Shown here: positions 38,148 through 47,789 of the stretch, piece after piece
Numbering within the stretch: position 1 is the stretch's first letter
Layout of the letters: the number at the start of each line of letters is the position of its first letter
Origin: Occultella glacieicola
Lineage (GTDB): Bacteria > Actinomycetota > Actinomycetes > Actinomycetales > Beutenbergiaceae
DNA length: 64,000 nt
Direction of reading: 5' to 3'
NCBI RefSeq assembly: GCF_004353825.1
Contig: NZ_SMNA01000007.1
Coordinates: 62,001 to 126,000, forward strand
Made by a program: the position numbers and the translations under genes
Notes under the pieces: model-generated
The model's input: the letters and a program-made list of their open reading frames with translations, nothing else
Told to the model about the DNA's origin: nothing
The model's database searches: none

Positions 38148-38203
38148 GATTCGGCGTTCGGTGCCCGGGGAGTGGTGCGGGTCGAGGCGGGCCGAGGGGT
38201 GAC

Positions 38204-38881
38204 CTACAGGTACTGGCCGGTGCCGTGGTTGCCGCGGTCGTCCTCAACGCCATGGCCGGGCATGCCCATGGCCGGGTGCGAGACGCCGGGCGGGAGTGCC
38301 TTGCGCATGCCGACCAGCTGGTTCTGGGCGGCCATCTGTTGCGCGACGAGCGCCGTCTGGATGCCGTGGAACAGTCCCTCGAGCCAGCCCACGAGCTGTG
38401 CCTGCGCGATCCGGAGCTCGGCGTCGGAGGGGGCCCGGTCATCGGTGAAGGGCAGCGTGATCCGGTGCAACTCCGAGACCAGGTCCGCGCTCAGCCCGGC
38501 CTCGAGTTCGTGCAGCGATCGCTCGTGGATCTCGGCGAGGCGCTCCCGGGCGGCCTCGTCCAGGGGCGCGCTGCGGACCTCGTCCAGCAGTTGCTTGATC
38601 ATCGTGCCGATCCGCATCACCTTCGCGGGCTCCTCGACGAGCGAGGTCGGGTCGTCGCCCTCCTCGGAAGCGACGCCGAGACCGGAGGCCGAGGCCACTA
38701 CGACGCGGGGCCGCCCGGGCTTGTCCGACGGCGCATCCGGCAAGGGCTCCTGGGTCACGTCCTCCGCCGCCGCGGCCCCGTCCGCGACCGAGCCGTCGTC
38801 GCCACCGGGGCCACGCTCGGGCTCCTCGGAGGCGGTGGTCACGTCATCGGTCCGGTCGCTGGCGGTCTCGTCGCTGCTCAT
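38204..38881 (-). CDS. bpa: Bacterial proteasome activator Bpa/PafE (DUF2587)
   Basis: VEEPAKVMRIGTMIKQLLDEV, ELRIAQAQLVGWLEGLFHGIQ, C-terminal GQYL. CATGAT-N6-ATG at 38881. Confidence 0.93.
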   Translation of the reverse strand: MSSDETASDRTDDVTTASEEPERGPGGDDGSVADGAAAAEDVTQEPLPDAPSDKPGRPRVVVASASGLGVASEEGDDPTSLVEEPAKVMRIGTMIKQLLDEVRSAPLDEAARERLAEIHERSLHELEAGLSADLVSELHRITLPFTDDRAPSDAELRIAQAQLVGWLEGLFHGIQTALVAQQMAAQNQLVGMRKALPPGVSHPAMGMPGHGVEDDRGNHGTGQYL

Positions 38882-38939
38882 GCGCCCATCATGCCTTCCG
38901 CGCCGCCGCGGGCGCAGGTCGTGACGATAGCCTGCAGGC

Positions 38940-40175
38940 ATGAACTGGTTGACCAATGCCGCTCACACCCGCTGGCTCGAGGCCGAGGCCGATTCGCTGC
39001 TCGCGTTCGCCTCCGGCGCCCTGACCGACGAGGGCTTCGGCTACCTCGACGGCGAGGGCCGGCCCGTGCCCACGGAGGGCTCGCACCTGTGGATCACCTG
39101 CCGGATGATCCACTCCTTCTCCCTCGGCGCACTCCTCGGCCGACCCGGCTCGGCCACCATGGTGGATCACGGTGTGCGCGCGCTCGCGGAGCACTTCCAC
39201 GACAAGGCCCACGGCGGCTGGTACGCCCAGGTGGGCCCGGACGGCCCGATCGACACCACCAAGGCCGCATACGCGCACGCGTTCGTGATCCTGGCCGCCT
39301 CCAGCGCCGCCGCGGCCGGTCGACCCGGCGGCAAGGAACTCCTCGCCGAGGCACTCACGGTTTCCCTCGAGCGGTTCTGGCGCGAGGAGGACGGCATGGT
39401 CGTGGAGTCCTACAACGCCGACTTCACCGAGCTCGAGGACTACCGCGGCGTCAACGCGAACATGCACACCGTGGAGGCCTACCTCGCCGCCGCCGACGTC
39501 ACCGGCGACGACGCCTGGCTCGAGCGGGCCACCCGGATCACCAAGCGGGTGGTCGACGACTTCGCCCGCGGCAACGACTGGCGCATCCCCGAGCACTTCG
39601 ACGCCGGCTGGAACTCCCTGCCCGAGTACAACATGGACCACCCGGCGGACCCGTTCCGCCCGGCCGGGGCCACCATCGGGCACTGGTTCGAATGGAGCCG
39701 GCTGACCCTGCACGTGCGGGCCGCCTGGCAGCTGCGGGGCGTTTCCCCGGAGGACTGGATGCTCGACGGCGCCCAGGCACTGTTCGACCTCGGCGTCACC
39801 GAGGGGTGGGACGTCGACGGCGAGGACGGCTTCGTCTACACCGTCGACTTCGACGGCAAGCCGCTGGTCACCGAGCGGATGCACTGGGTGGTCACCGAGG
39901 CGCTCGGTGCCGCGGCCGCACTGTACCGGGTGACCGAGGACCCGAACCTGCCGGCCTGGTACCAACTCTGGTGGGAGTACGCCGCGGTGCACCTGATCGA
40001 CGAGGAGGGCGGTTCCTGGGTGCACGAACTCGACTCCGTCAACGAGCCGAGCGCCACGGTCTGGTCGGGCAAGCCGGACATCTACCACGCGATCCAGGCG
40101 ACGCTGATCCCGCGCCTGCCGCTGACCCCGCCCATCGCCCCGGCGCTGGCCCAGGGCCTGCTCGACAAGATCTGA
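38940..40175 (+). CDS. AGE-family epimerase/isomerase (YihS / mannose isomerase-like)
   Basis: WITCRMIHSF, AYAHAFV, NANMHTVEA, TIGHWFEW, RMHWV, SWVHEL, KPDIYH. Confidence 0.9.
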   Translation: MNWLTNAAHTRWLEAEADSLLAFASGALTDEGFGYLDGEGRPVPTEGSHLWITCRMIHSFSLGALLGRPGSATMVDHGVRALAEHFHDKAHGGWYAQVGPDGPIDTTKAAYAHAFVILAASSAAAAGRPGGKELLAEALTVSLERFWREEDGMVVESYNADFTELEDYRGVNANMHTVEAYLAAADVTGDDAWLERATRITKRVVDDFARGNDWRIPEHFDAGWNSLPEYNMDHPADPFRPAGATIGHWFEWSRLTLHVRAAWQLRGVSPEDWMLDGAQALFDLGVTEGWDVDGEDGFVYTVDFDGKPLVTERMHWVVTEALGAAAALYRVTEDPNLPAWYQLWWEYAAVHLIDEEGGSWVHELDSVNEPSATVWSGKPDIYHAIQATLIPRLPLTPPIAPALAQGLLDKI

Positions 40176-40182
40176 ACCGGCC

Positions 40183-40281
40183 TCGAGAGTGTTGAAGCGG
40201 CTGCCGCTTCAGCACTCTCGACCGGGGGTGCGGTGGGCCGATCCGCGCTGACAGTGCTGAAGTGGTCGCCACTTCAGCACT
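40183..40281. repeat. Two tandem REP-like palindromes
   Basis: TCGAGAGTGTTGAAGCGG-CTG-CCGCTTCAGCACTCTCGA (40183-40221) and AGTGCTGAAGTGG-TCG-CCACTTCAGCACT (40253-40281). Confidence 0.75.
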
Positions 40282-40322
40282 CCCGGCGGCGACGACGATC
40301 GGCTGGGATGGGTCGGGCGCCC

Positions 40323-41312
40323 TCAGGGAACCAGGAGGAGCTTGCCGAAGACCGCGCCGTCGGCCAGGAGCCGGTGCGCGTCGGCGGCCCGGTCCAGCGG
40401 CAGCCGCTCGTGGACCACCGGGTACACGTCGCCGGACGTCACCAGTGGCCACGCCTGTTCGCGCACGGCCGCGACGATCGCCTCCTTCTCGGCGCGCGGG
40501 CGCTTGCGCAGCAGGCTGCCGTGCACGCCGGCCCAGCGGCCCATCAGGCTCCCGATGTCGAGGGTGGCCCTCGTGCCCTGCTGGGCGGCGATGATCACGA
40601 GCTGTCCGAGCCTGGCCAGCGAGGCCAGGTTGCGCTCGAGGTAGCCGGCGCCGACCACGTCCAGGATCACGTCCACCCCGGCGCCCTCGGTGACCCGCTG
40701 CACCACCTCGGCGAAGTCCTCGGCCCGGTGGTCGATGCCGACGTCGGCGCCCAACGCCACGCACCGGGCCACCCGGTCCGGTCCGCCCGCCGTGGTCAGG
40801 ACTCGCGCACCGAGCGCCTTCAGCAGCAGGATGGACGTGGTGCCCACGCCGCCGGAGCCGCCGTGCACGAGCACCGTGGCGCCGGCCGCGGACTCCCGGG
40901 TCAGCCCGGCCACCCCGGCCAGGTTCGACCAGGCGGTGCAGATTGCCTCCGGGAGCCCGGCGGCGTCCACGAGGTCCAGCCCCGCCGGCACGGGCAGCAA
41001 CAGCGCGGCGGATGCGACGGCCTTCGAGGCGTACCCGCCACCGTCGAGCAGGGCGCAGACCCGGTCCCCGACCGACCAGCCGGTCACGCCCGGGCCGAGC
41101 GCCGCGATCGTGCCGGACGCCTCCAGCCCCGGCCACTCCGGTGCCCCCGGCGGCGGCGGGTGGTGCCCCTTGAGCTGGAGCAGGTCGGCCCGGTTCACAC
41201 CGGCCGCGGCGACGTCGATGAGAACCTCGCCGTGGCCCGGCGTGGGGTCGGGAACGTCGGTGGGGGAGAGCACCTCGGGCCCGCCGGTGCCGGTCGTCAG
41301 GACTGCGCGCAT
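40323..41312 (-). CDS. NAD(P)H:quinone oxidoreductase (PIG3-type MDR)
   Basis: AAGVNRADLLQ, PGLEASG, AAGLPE, VLVHGGSGGVG, GKLLL. Confidence 0.92.
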   Translation of the reverse strand: MRAVLTTGTGGPEVLSPTDVPDPTPGHGEVLIDVAAAGVNRADLLQLKGHHPPPPGAPEWPGLEASGTIAALGPGVTGWSVGDRVCALLDGGGYASKAVASAALLLPVPAGLDLVDAAGLPEAICTAWSNLAGVAGLTRESAAGATVLVHGGSGGVGTTSILLLKALGARVLTTAGGPDRVARCVALGADVGIDHRAEDFAEVVQRVTEGAGVDVILDVVGAGYLERNLASLARLGQLVIIAAQQGTRATLDIGSLMGRWAGVHGSLLRKRPRAEKEAIVAAVREQAWPLVTSGDVYPVVHERLPLDRAADAHRLLADGAVFGKLLLVP

Positions 41313-41334
41313 GGTCCCAACGTAGGGGCAGAGA

Positions 41335-41388
41335 CGCCCGACGGCGGAGGTGACGCCGCGTACGCGGGTCCACCTCCGCCGTCGGGCG
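41335..41388. repeat. Palindromic element, copy A
   Basis: CGCCCGACGGCGGAGGTG...CGTACG...CACCTCCGCCGTCGGGCG with 18-bp perfect arms. Confidence 0.75.
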
Positions 41389-41400
41389 GGTCCTGCTCCC

Positions 41401-42315
41401 TTACTGGCCGCCGAGGCCGGTCGTCGCCACGCCGCGCACGATCTGGCGCTGGAACAGCATGAACACGACGAGCAGCGGCAGCGCCGCGAGCATCGCGGAC
41501 GCCATCGTGCGGGCGTACTGCAGGCCGTACGTCTCCGTGACCGTGGCGATACCCACCGGGATCGTCATCAGCGAGGAGTCCGAGACCACGATGAACGGCC
41601 ACAGGAAGTTGTTCCACGCCCCGATGAACACGAAGATCGCGACCGCCACCAGGATCGACTTGGACAGCGGCACCACGATCGTGGAGAACGTGCGCCACGG
41701 TCCGGCGCCGTCCACCCGGGCGGCGTCGAGGAGCTCCTGGGGGATGGCGTCGAAGAACTTCTTCAGAATGAACACCATCACCGGCGCCACCACCTGCGGC
41801 AGGACGATGCCCGCGTAGGTGTCGACCATCCGGAAGGTCAGCATCTGCTGGAACAGCGGCACGATCAGGATCTGCCCGGGCACCATGATCGAGGCCACGG
41901 TGATAGCGAACGCGAGCCGCCGGCCACGGAACATGGTGCGCGAGAACGCGTAGCCGGCCATCGCCGAGACCACGAGAGTGATCGCCGTGACGAGCACTGC
42001 GGTGATCACCGAGTTCAGCATCCAGACCGGCAGGTCGCCCTTGGTCAGGACATTGACGTAGGCCTGCAGCGACCAGCCACTGGCGGGCCAGACGGTGGCC
42101 GCGCTGGCCGCGTCGGTCTCGGTCTTGAACGAGGTGATGATCGCCCACGCGAACGGGAGCAGCCAGATCGCCGTCATCAGCACCAGCGCGATCATGGCGA
42201 GCGTGCGGGCCGTGGTGCTCGAGCCGAGGAGCAGCCGGGTGGAGCGTTGGCTGTCCGCCCGGCGGATCGCCCGCCGGGTGGAGACCTCGGGCAGGACAAG
42301 GGATTGCGTTGCCAT
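41401..42315 (-). CDS. Carbohydrate ABC permease (MalG-type)
   Basis: ELLDAARVDGA, FIGAWNNFLWP, FQRQIVRG. Confidence 0.93.
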   Translation of the reverse strand: MATQSLVLPEVSTRRAIRRADSQRSTRLLLGSSTTARTLAMIALVLMTAIWLLPFAWAIITSFKTETDAASAATVWPASGWSLQAYVNVLTKGDLPVWMLNSVITAVLVTAITLVVSAMAGYAFSRTMFRGRRLAFAITVASIMVPGQILIVPLFQQMLTFRMVDTYAGIVLPQVVAPVMVFILKKFFDAIPQELLDAARVDGAGPWRTFSTIVVPLSKSILVAVAIFVFIGAWNNFLWPFIVVSDSSLMTIPVGIATVTETYGLQYARTMASAMLAALPLLVVFMLFQRQIVRGVATTGLGGQ

Positions 42316-42316
42316 G

Positions 42317-43285
42317 TCAGGCCTCCTTCCGGCCGCCGAAGAACCGGGTCAGGGACAGGATCACGATCAGCGCGAAGAAGATGTACGAGATCGCCGATGC
42401 GTATCCGAGCCGGTAGTTCACGAAGCCCGTGTCGTAGATGTAGAGCAGGATCGAACGGGTGGAGCCGTTCGGCCCGCCCGCGGTGAGCAGGTAGATCTGG
42501 TCGAACACCTTCAGCGAGGCGAGCAGCTGCAGCGCCAGGACGAGCCAGGTGGTGCGACCGAGTTGCGGGATCGTGATCGAGAAGAGGCGCCGCCAGGCAC
42601 CCGCGCCGTCGATCGCGGCGGCCTCGTAGAGGTGCTCCGGGATGGCCTGCAGGGCGGCCAGGTAGAGCAGGAAGTTGAACCCGACCGTCCACCACACGGT
42701 GGCCGCGATGATCGCGATCATCGCCCAGTTCTCGTCGGTCAACCAGCCCACCGGTTCGAACCCGAGGGCGCCGAGCCAGGTGTTGAAGAGCCCGAGGTCC
42801 GGCTGGTACATCCAGGCCCAGACCTGCGTGACCACGGCCACGGGCAACAGGAACGAGGCGAAGAACGCGAACCGCCAGAGCCACTGGCCGGGTAGGCCGG
42901 TGAACACCAGCAGCGCCATCACCATGGCGATCAGGACCAGCGGGATGGTGCTGCCGATCGTGAACAGGACGGTCTGCCACAGGGTCTGCCAGACCTGCGC
43001 GTCGCCGAACGCCTCGATGAAGTTCGCGAGGCCCACGAACCCGGGTTCGGTGCCGATCAGGGTGCGGTCGGTCAGGCTCATCCAGATGCCGTAGAGGATC
43101 GGCCAGACGAGGAAGACCAGGAACACGACGGCGAACGGGAGCAGGAACCAGTAGCCGCTGCGGCCACTGTGGAGTTCCTGGGCACGGCGCTCGGCCTCGC
43201 GCAGGGACCGGCGCAGGTCCTTGCGTGCGCCGGGGGAGAGGGACGACGGCGTCGGTGCCGCGGTCTCGGAGGTGGTGGCACTCAT
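42317..43285 (-). CDS. Carbohydrate ABC permease (MalF-type)
   Basis: WWTVGFNFLLYLAALQAIP..LYEAAAIDGA, LGYASA. Confidence 0.93.
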   Translation of the reverse strand: MSATTSETAAPTPSSLSPGARKDLRRSLREAERRAQELHSGRSGYWFLLPFAVVFLVFLVWPILYGIWMSLTDRTLIGTEPGFVGLANFIEAFGDAQVWQTLWQTVLFTIGSTIPLVLIAMVMALLVFTGLPGQWLWRFAFFASFLLPVAVVTQVWAWMYQPDLGLFNTWLGALGFEPVGWLTDENWAMIAIIAATVWWTVGFNFLLYLAALQAIPEHLYEAAAIDGAGAWRRLFSITIPQLGRTTWLVLALQLLASLKVFDQIYLLTAGGPNGSTRSILLYIYDTGFVNYRLGYASAISYIFFALIVILSLTRFFGGRKEA

Positions 43286-43301
43286 GAGTTGCTCTCCCGC
43301 C

Positions 43302-44657
43302 CTACGCCGGTGCCGGCGTCTCGAGGAACGTGTTCATCTCGCCGATCATCGTGTCGACGGCGTCCTGCGCGGTGCCCAGGCCCTGCAGTGCGGTCTGCAT
43401 GGCCTGGCACATGCGGTTCTGGAAGTCGCTGCCGGAGCCGGCGAACCAGACCGGTGGGTCGAGGAAGATCCACTCGGCGGCCTGTGCGTAGTTCCGCTGC
43501 GGCACCAGATCCTGATACTCGGGCGACTCCACCACCGGGACGAGCGAGGGGATGTGCCCCGCGTCCGCCCAGCGCAGTCCGCGCTTGAGGATGGCGGCGA
43601 GCACCTCGTAGGTGGCCTCACGCCGTTCCGGATTGGCGACCAGCTGACGCGGCAGCACGTAGGAGTGGGAGTCCCCGAACGCCGTCGGGGTGCCGAAGAT
43701 GATCGGCACCGTGGCGCCGCCGAGGTCCGGGATCGACCCCTGCAGCGACGTCTTCTCCCACACGCCGGAGAAGATCAGCCCGGTCTGCTCCGTGCTGAAG
43801 TTCGCGATCGCGCCGCCGTAGTCGCTGTTGCTCGCCGCGACGGTGCCGTCCAGCATCGACTGCATGAATTCGAGGACCTCGACGGCGGCGCCGTCGTCGA
43901 AGCCGACGGGCTTGCCGGGCGTGAACTCGTAGTCCGCGCCGGTCTGCCCGTACAGGCCCCAGAACATCCGCCAGCCCTGGGCGGGGTCGGAGAGGTACCC
44001 GTAGGAGAACCCCTGCGCGCCGGTCACCTCCGCCATCGCCCGGCCGGCGTCCAGCAGGGCGTCCGGGGAGTCGATCTCGGCGAGCGTGCCGTCCGGGTTC
44101 AGCAGGCCGGCCGGTTCGGCGATCGCCGGGTTGTAGAACGTGATGAACGGGTGGGTGTCCAGGGGGAGGGCGTACAGCTGGTCCTGGAACAGGGCGCGCT
44201 CCCACAGTGCCGCCGGAAAGTCGGACTCCTTGATCCCCACCTGCTCGAGCATGTCGATGTCGAACGGCTCCAGCAGGCCGCCGGGGGCGTAGCCGATCAG
44301 CCGCGACAGGTGCATCACGGCCGCCTCGGGGGCGCGGCCACCGGTCGAGGCCATGGCCAGCTTCGTGTAGTACGGCGCGCCCCAGGCGAGCGTGGTCCGG
44401 TCGATCGTGATGTCCGGAAGCTCCTCGCGGACGCCGTCCACGATCTCACCCATGATCTGGCCGTCCGACCCGCCGAGCAGGTCCCAGATCCGGACCAGGG
44501 TGCCGGAGCTGGTGGCGCTCGCCACGCTCCCGGCGCAACTGCTCAACGCGCCGGCGGTGAGCAGGGTGCCGGCGCCGAGAGCCCCCTGCAGCACCGATCT
44601 GCGACTCGGTCCGCGGGCCCCCGACCCGGGAGAACGTAACGCGGAATTCAGGGTCAT
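43302..44657 (-). CDS. Sugar ABC substrate-binding lipoprotein with Tat signal
   Basis: SRRSVLQ, lipobox LSSC, WDLLGGSDG, YALPLDTHP. ATG at 44657 follows GGAGG. Confidence 0.9.
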   Translation of the reverse strand: MTLNSALRSPGSGARGPSRRSVLQGALGAGTLLTAGALSSCAGSVASATSSGTLVRIWDLLGGSDGQIMGEIVDGVREELPDITIDRTTLAWGAPYYTKLAMASTGGRAPEAAVMHLSRLIGYAPGGLLEPFDIDMLEQVGIKESDFPAALWERALFQDQLYALPLDTHPFITFYNPAIAEPAGLLNPDGTLAEIDSPDALLDAGRAMAEVTGAQGFSYGYLSDPAQGWRMFWGLYGQTGADYEFTPGKPVGFDDGAAVEVLEFMQSMLDGTVAASNSDYGGAIANFSTEQTGLIFSGVWEKTSLQGSIPDLGGATVPIIFGTPTAFGDSHSYVLPRQLVANPERREATYEVLAAILKRGLRWADAGHIPSLVPVVESPEYQDLVPQRNYAQAAEWIFLDPPVWFAGSGSDFQNRMCQAMQTALQGLGTAQDAVDTMIGEMNTFLETPAPA

Positions 44658-44782
44658 CGTTGACCTCCAGGTAGGCGATGCGCACGTTAACAGTCGCACA
44701 GGATCGTCATCGTGCTCCGTGCGACTTCTAACGTTGAATACAGTGATGTACGGCACATTGGGATGTCAAGGGGAGGTAGCTC

Positions 44783-45859
44783 GTGTCGGAGGACAGGACC
44801 GGGGAGGTCGCGACCGTCCGATCGGCGCGAAGGCCGACGGTCAAGGATGTGGCGGCCGCGGCAGACGTCTCCTGGAAGACGGTCTCGAACGTCGTCAACG
44901 GCACCGCGCCGGTTCGGGCGAGCACCCGGGAGCGGGTGCAGCGCGCCATCGACCAACTCGGCTACCGGCCGAACGCCGCCGGCCGCAACCTGCGGCGGGG
45001 CCGCAGCCGGCTGCTCGCCCTAGCCATCCCGGAGATCCGCCTGGCCTACTTCGCGGACCTGGCCCACGCCGTCATCCTGGCCGCCAAGGCGCGCGGGTAC
45101 ACGGTCCTGATCGACGAGACGTTCGCCGATCCCGCGCACGAGCGGGTGGTCGCCCAGGGGTTCCAGGTGGACCTGCTCGACGGGCTCATCTTCTCCCCGC
45201 AGGCACTCTCCGACCGGGACCTGGTGGCCGCCGGCGGGCGGCTCCCGATGGTCATGCTCGGGGAGGCGACCCTGCCCCTGGACGGTGGCGAGGCCGCGGC
45301 CGACCACGTGGTGATCGACAACGTGGCCTCGGCGCGGGAGGCCACCGAGCACCTCATCGAGGCCGGGCGGAGCCGGATCGGGTTCCTCGGAGTGCGCGAG
45401 ACCGAGACGAACGGAACCGGCGTGCTGCGCCACACCGGGTACGCCATGGCCCTCCAGGAGCACGGGCTCCCGGCGGTGGCCTTCCCGGCGCCCACCTACT
45501 CCCGCCCGGGCGGGGCTGCGGCGATCGGGGCGGTCATCGAACGGTTCACGGGGCCCGACGCCCTCGACGCCCTCGTCTGTGCCAACGACCTCCTCGCCAT
45601 CGGAGCGATGCACATCCTGCGCGGCGCAGGCCTGCGGGTGCCGCAGGACGTGGCGGTCATCGGCTGGGACGGCACCGAGGACGGGAACTACTCGAACCCG
45701 ACCCTCACCACGGTGGCTCCGGATCTCGGCGCGCTCGCGGAACTCGCGGTCGACCTGGCCCTGGGCCGGGTGGACGGGTCGACGGCGTCACCGCAGGTGC
45801 ACCTGGTGGGGCACCGGTTGATCGTGCGGGAGAGCACCGGCGGCGCGCTCGGGGGTTGA
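44783..45859 (+). CDS. LacI family transcriptional regulator
   Basis: PTVKDVAAAADVSWKTVSNVVNG, CANDLLAIG, VPQDVAVIGWD. Confidence 0.95.
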   Translation: MSEDRTGEVATVRSARRPTVKDVAAAADVSWKTVSNVVNGTAPVRASTRERVQRAIDQLGYRPNAAGRNLRRGRSRLLALAIPEIRLAYFADLAHAVILAAKARGYTVLIDETFADPAHERVVAQGFQVDLLDGLIFSPQALSDRDLVAAGGRLPMVMLGEATLPLDGGEAAADHVVIDNVASAREATEHLIEAGRSRIGFLGVRETETNGTGVLRHTGYAMALQEHGLPAVAFPAPTYSRPGGAAAIGAVIERFTGPDALDALVCANDLLAIGAMHILRGAGLRVPQDVAVIGWDGTEDGNYSNPTLTTVAPDLGALAELAVDLALGRVDGSTASPQVHLVGHRLIVRESTGGALGG

Positions 45860-45900
45860 CCCGGGCCGCGGGGAATGGCCTAAGCTTGCGGTCGGCCGTC

Positions 45901-45912
45901 TACAACGTTGTA
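45901..45912. promoter_or_regulatory. Putative LacI operator upstream of GH2
   Basis: Perfect palindrome TACAACGTTGTA. A related CTAACGTTGA lies at 44728-44737 in the divergent SBP/lacI gap. Confidence 0.7.
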
Positions 45913-45927
45913 CCTAGGAGAAATTCG

Positions 45928-47760
45928 ATGTCTGACATTCCCCGTCCGGAGTATCCCCGCCCGCAGATGGTCCGCCCGGACTGGCTGAATCTGAACGGCA
46001 CCTGGCAGTTCGAGGTCGACGGTGGTGACTCGGGCCTCGAGCGCGGGCTCGTCTCCGCCGAGCTCAGCGGGAGCATCACCGTCCCGTTCGCCCCGGAGTC
46101 CGAGCTCTCCGGGGTCGGGAACACCGACTTCATGGAGGCCGTCTGGTACCGCCGCACGGTCACGATCCCGGCCGAGTGGTCCGGACGCCGCGCGCTGCTG
46201 CACTTCGGCGCGGTCGACCATGACACCACCGTCTGGGTGAACGGCACCGAACTGGTCCGCCACCGCGGCGGGTTCTCCCCGTTCACCGCCGACCTGCACG
46301 GTGTGGCCGGCCCCGGCGAGCAGGCCACGATCGTGGTCCGCGCGCGCGACCCGCGGCACGCCGACCAGGCCCGCGGCAAGCAGGCCACCAAGTTCAAGAA
46401 CTCCGAGTGCAACTACACCCGGACCACCGGGATCTGGCAGACCGTCTGGCTGGAGCCGGTGTCGCACACCCACCTGCGCCGCCCGCGGATCACCCCGGAC
46501 CTCGCGTCGACGAGCTTCACCGTGGTGGCCGCGCTGTCCGGCAACGTGCCCGGATACAGCGTCCGTGCGGTGCTGTCCGACGACGACGGCGAGGTCGCGT
46601 CGGCCACCTCCCGCGCGGACCTCGACCTCGCGCCGAGCCTGCACCTGGCGGTGCCGGAGGACCGGGTCCGGCTCTGGTCGGTCGGCCAGGGCAATCTGTA
46701 CGGCGTGCGCGTCGAACTGCTCGACGCCGACGGCGCAGTGGTGGACGCCGTGGACTCCTACGCCGGCCTGCGTTCGGTCGCGATCGACGGCAAGCGGATC
46801 CTGATCAACGGCGAGCCGGTGTTCCAGCGGCTCGTGCTGGATCAGGGCTACTACCCGGACGGGATCATGACGGCGCCGTCCGACGACGCCCTCGTCGAGG
46901 ACATCCAGCTCTCCCTGAACGCCGGGTTCAACGGGGCCCGGCTGCACCAGAAGGTCTTCGAGGAGCGGTTCCTCTACCACGCGGACCGGCTCGGCTACCT
47001 GGTCTGGGGCGAGTTCGGCGACTGGGGCATCGGTGGCGGCGGACCGGTCACGGACCACCAGCGGGTCACCGCCTCGTTCATCACCCAGTGGCTCGAGGTC
47101 CTGGACCGGGACCTCTCGCACCCCTCGATCGTCGGGTGGTGCCCGCTGAACGAGACCTGGCAGGTGCTGCACGACCGGATGACCGACCTCGACGACGTCA
47201 CCCGCGGCATGTGGCTGGCCACGAAGGCGGCCGACCCGTCCCGGCCGGTCCTGGACACCTCCGGCTACTCCCACCGGGTGCTCGAGACCGATGTCTACGA
47301 CTCCCACAACTACACCCAGGACCCCGCCGCTTTCGCCGAGGAGATGGGCGACGTGGCCGGCGGCACGCCCTGGATCAACACCCACAACGGGCGCACCATC
47401 TCCCAGGACTACAACGGTCAGCCCTACTTCGTCAGCGAGTACGGCGGGATCTGGTGGAACCCGGACGCGCTCGCGGCCGCGGGGGACGACCGTGAGGAGT
47501 CCTGGGGGTACGGCCAGCGCGTCGCCGACGAGGAGGAGTTCCACGCCCGGTTCGCCGGCCTGACCGACGTCCTGCTCGACGACGTGGACATGTTCGGCTA
47601 CTGCTACACCCAGCTCACCGACGTGTTCCAGGAGGAGAACGGGATCTACCGCTTCGACCGCAGTGTCAAGCTCGACGTGGACCGGGTCCGCGCGGTCCAG
47701 CAGCGGCCCGCCGCGATCGAGGCGACCCCGCGGGTGGCCGGGCCGGGCGGCGCCGGCTGA
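45928..47760 (+). CDS. Glycoside hydrolase family 2
   Basis: PRPEYPRPQ..R..WLNLNGTW, LHFGAVD, GIWQTVWLE, VLDQGYYPDG, WCPLNE, VSEYGG, YTQLTDVFQEENG. AGGAG RBS. Confidence 0.93.
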   Translation: MSDIPRPEYPRPQMVRPDWLNLNGTWQFEVDGGDSGLERGLVSAELSGSITVPFAPESELSGVGNTDFMEAVWYRRTVTIPAEWSGRRALLHFGAVDHDTTVWVNGTELVRHRGGFSPFTADLHGVAGPGEQATIVVRARDPRHADQARGKQATKFKNSECNYTRTTGIWQTVWLEPVSHTHLRRPRITPDLASTSFTVVAALSGNVPGYSVRAVLSDDDGEVASATSRADLDLAPSLHLAVPEDRVRLWSVGQGNLYGVRVELLDADGAVVDAVDSYAGLRSVAIDGKRILINGEPVFQRLVLDQGYYPDGIMTAPSDDALVEDIQLSLNAGFNGARLHQKVFEERFLYHADRLGYLVWGEFGDWGIGGGGPVTDHQRVTASFITQWLEVLDRDLSHPSIVGWCPLNETWQVLHDRMTDLDDVTRGMWLATKAADPSRPVLDTSGYSHRVLETDVYDSHNYTQDPAAFAEEMGDVAGGTPWINTHNGRTISQDYNGQPYFVSEYGGIWWNPDALAAAGDDREESWGYGQRVADEEEFHARFAGLTDVLLDDVDMFGYCYTQLTDVFQEENGIYRFDRSVKLDVDRVRAVQQRPAAIEATPRVAGPGGAG

Positions 47761-47789
47761 GCCGGCTGCGCCGGCCTTCCTCCGAACCT

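Noticed and set aside
40183..40281. Possible mini-CRISPR (two similar palindromes with a 31-bp spacer)
   Set aside because: Only two non-identical units, fully palindromic, with no cas genes or leader; better explained as REP-like
44392..47760. Apparent 1122-aa GH2 fusion
   Set aside because: The upstream part is an off-frame read through lacI and the SBP start. GH2 begins at 45928 after AGGAG.
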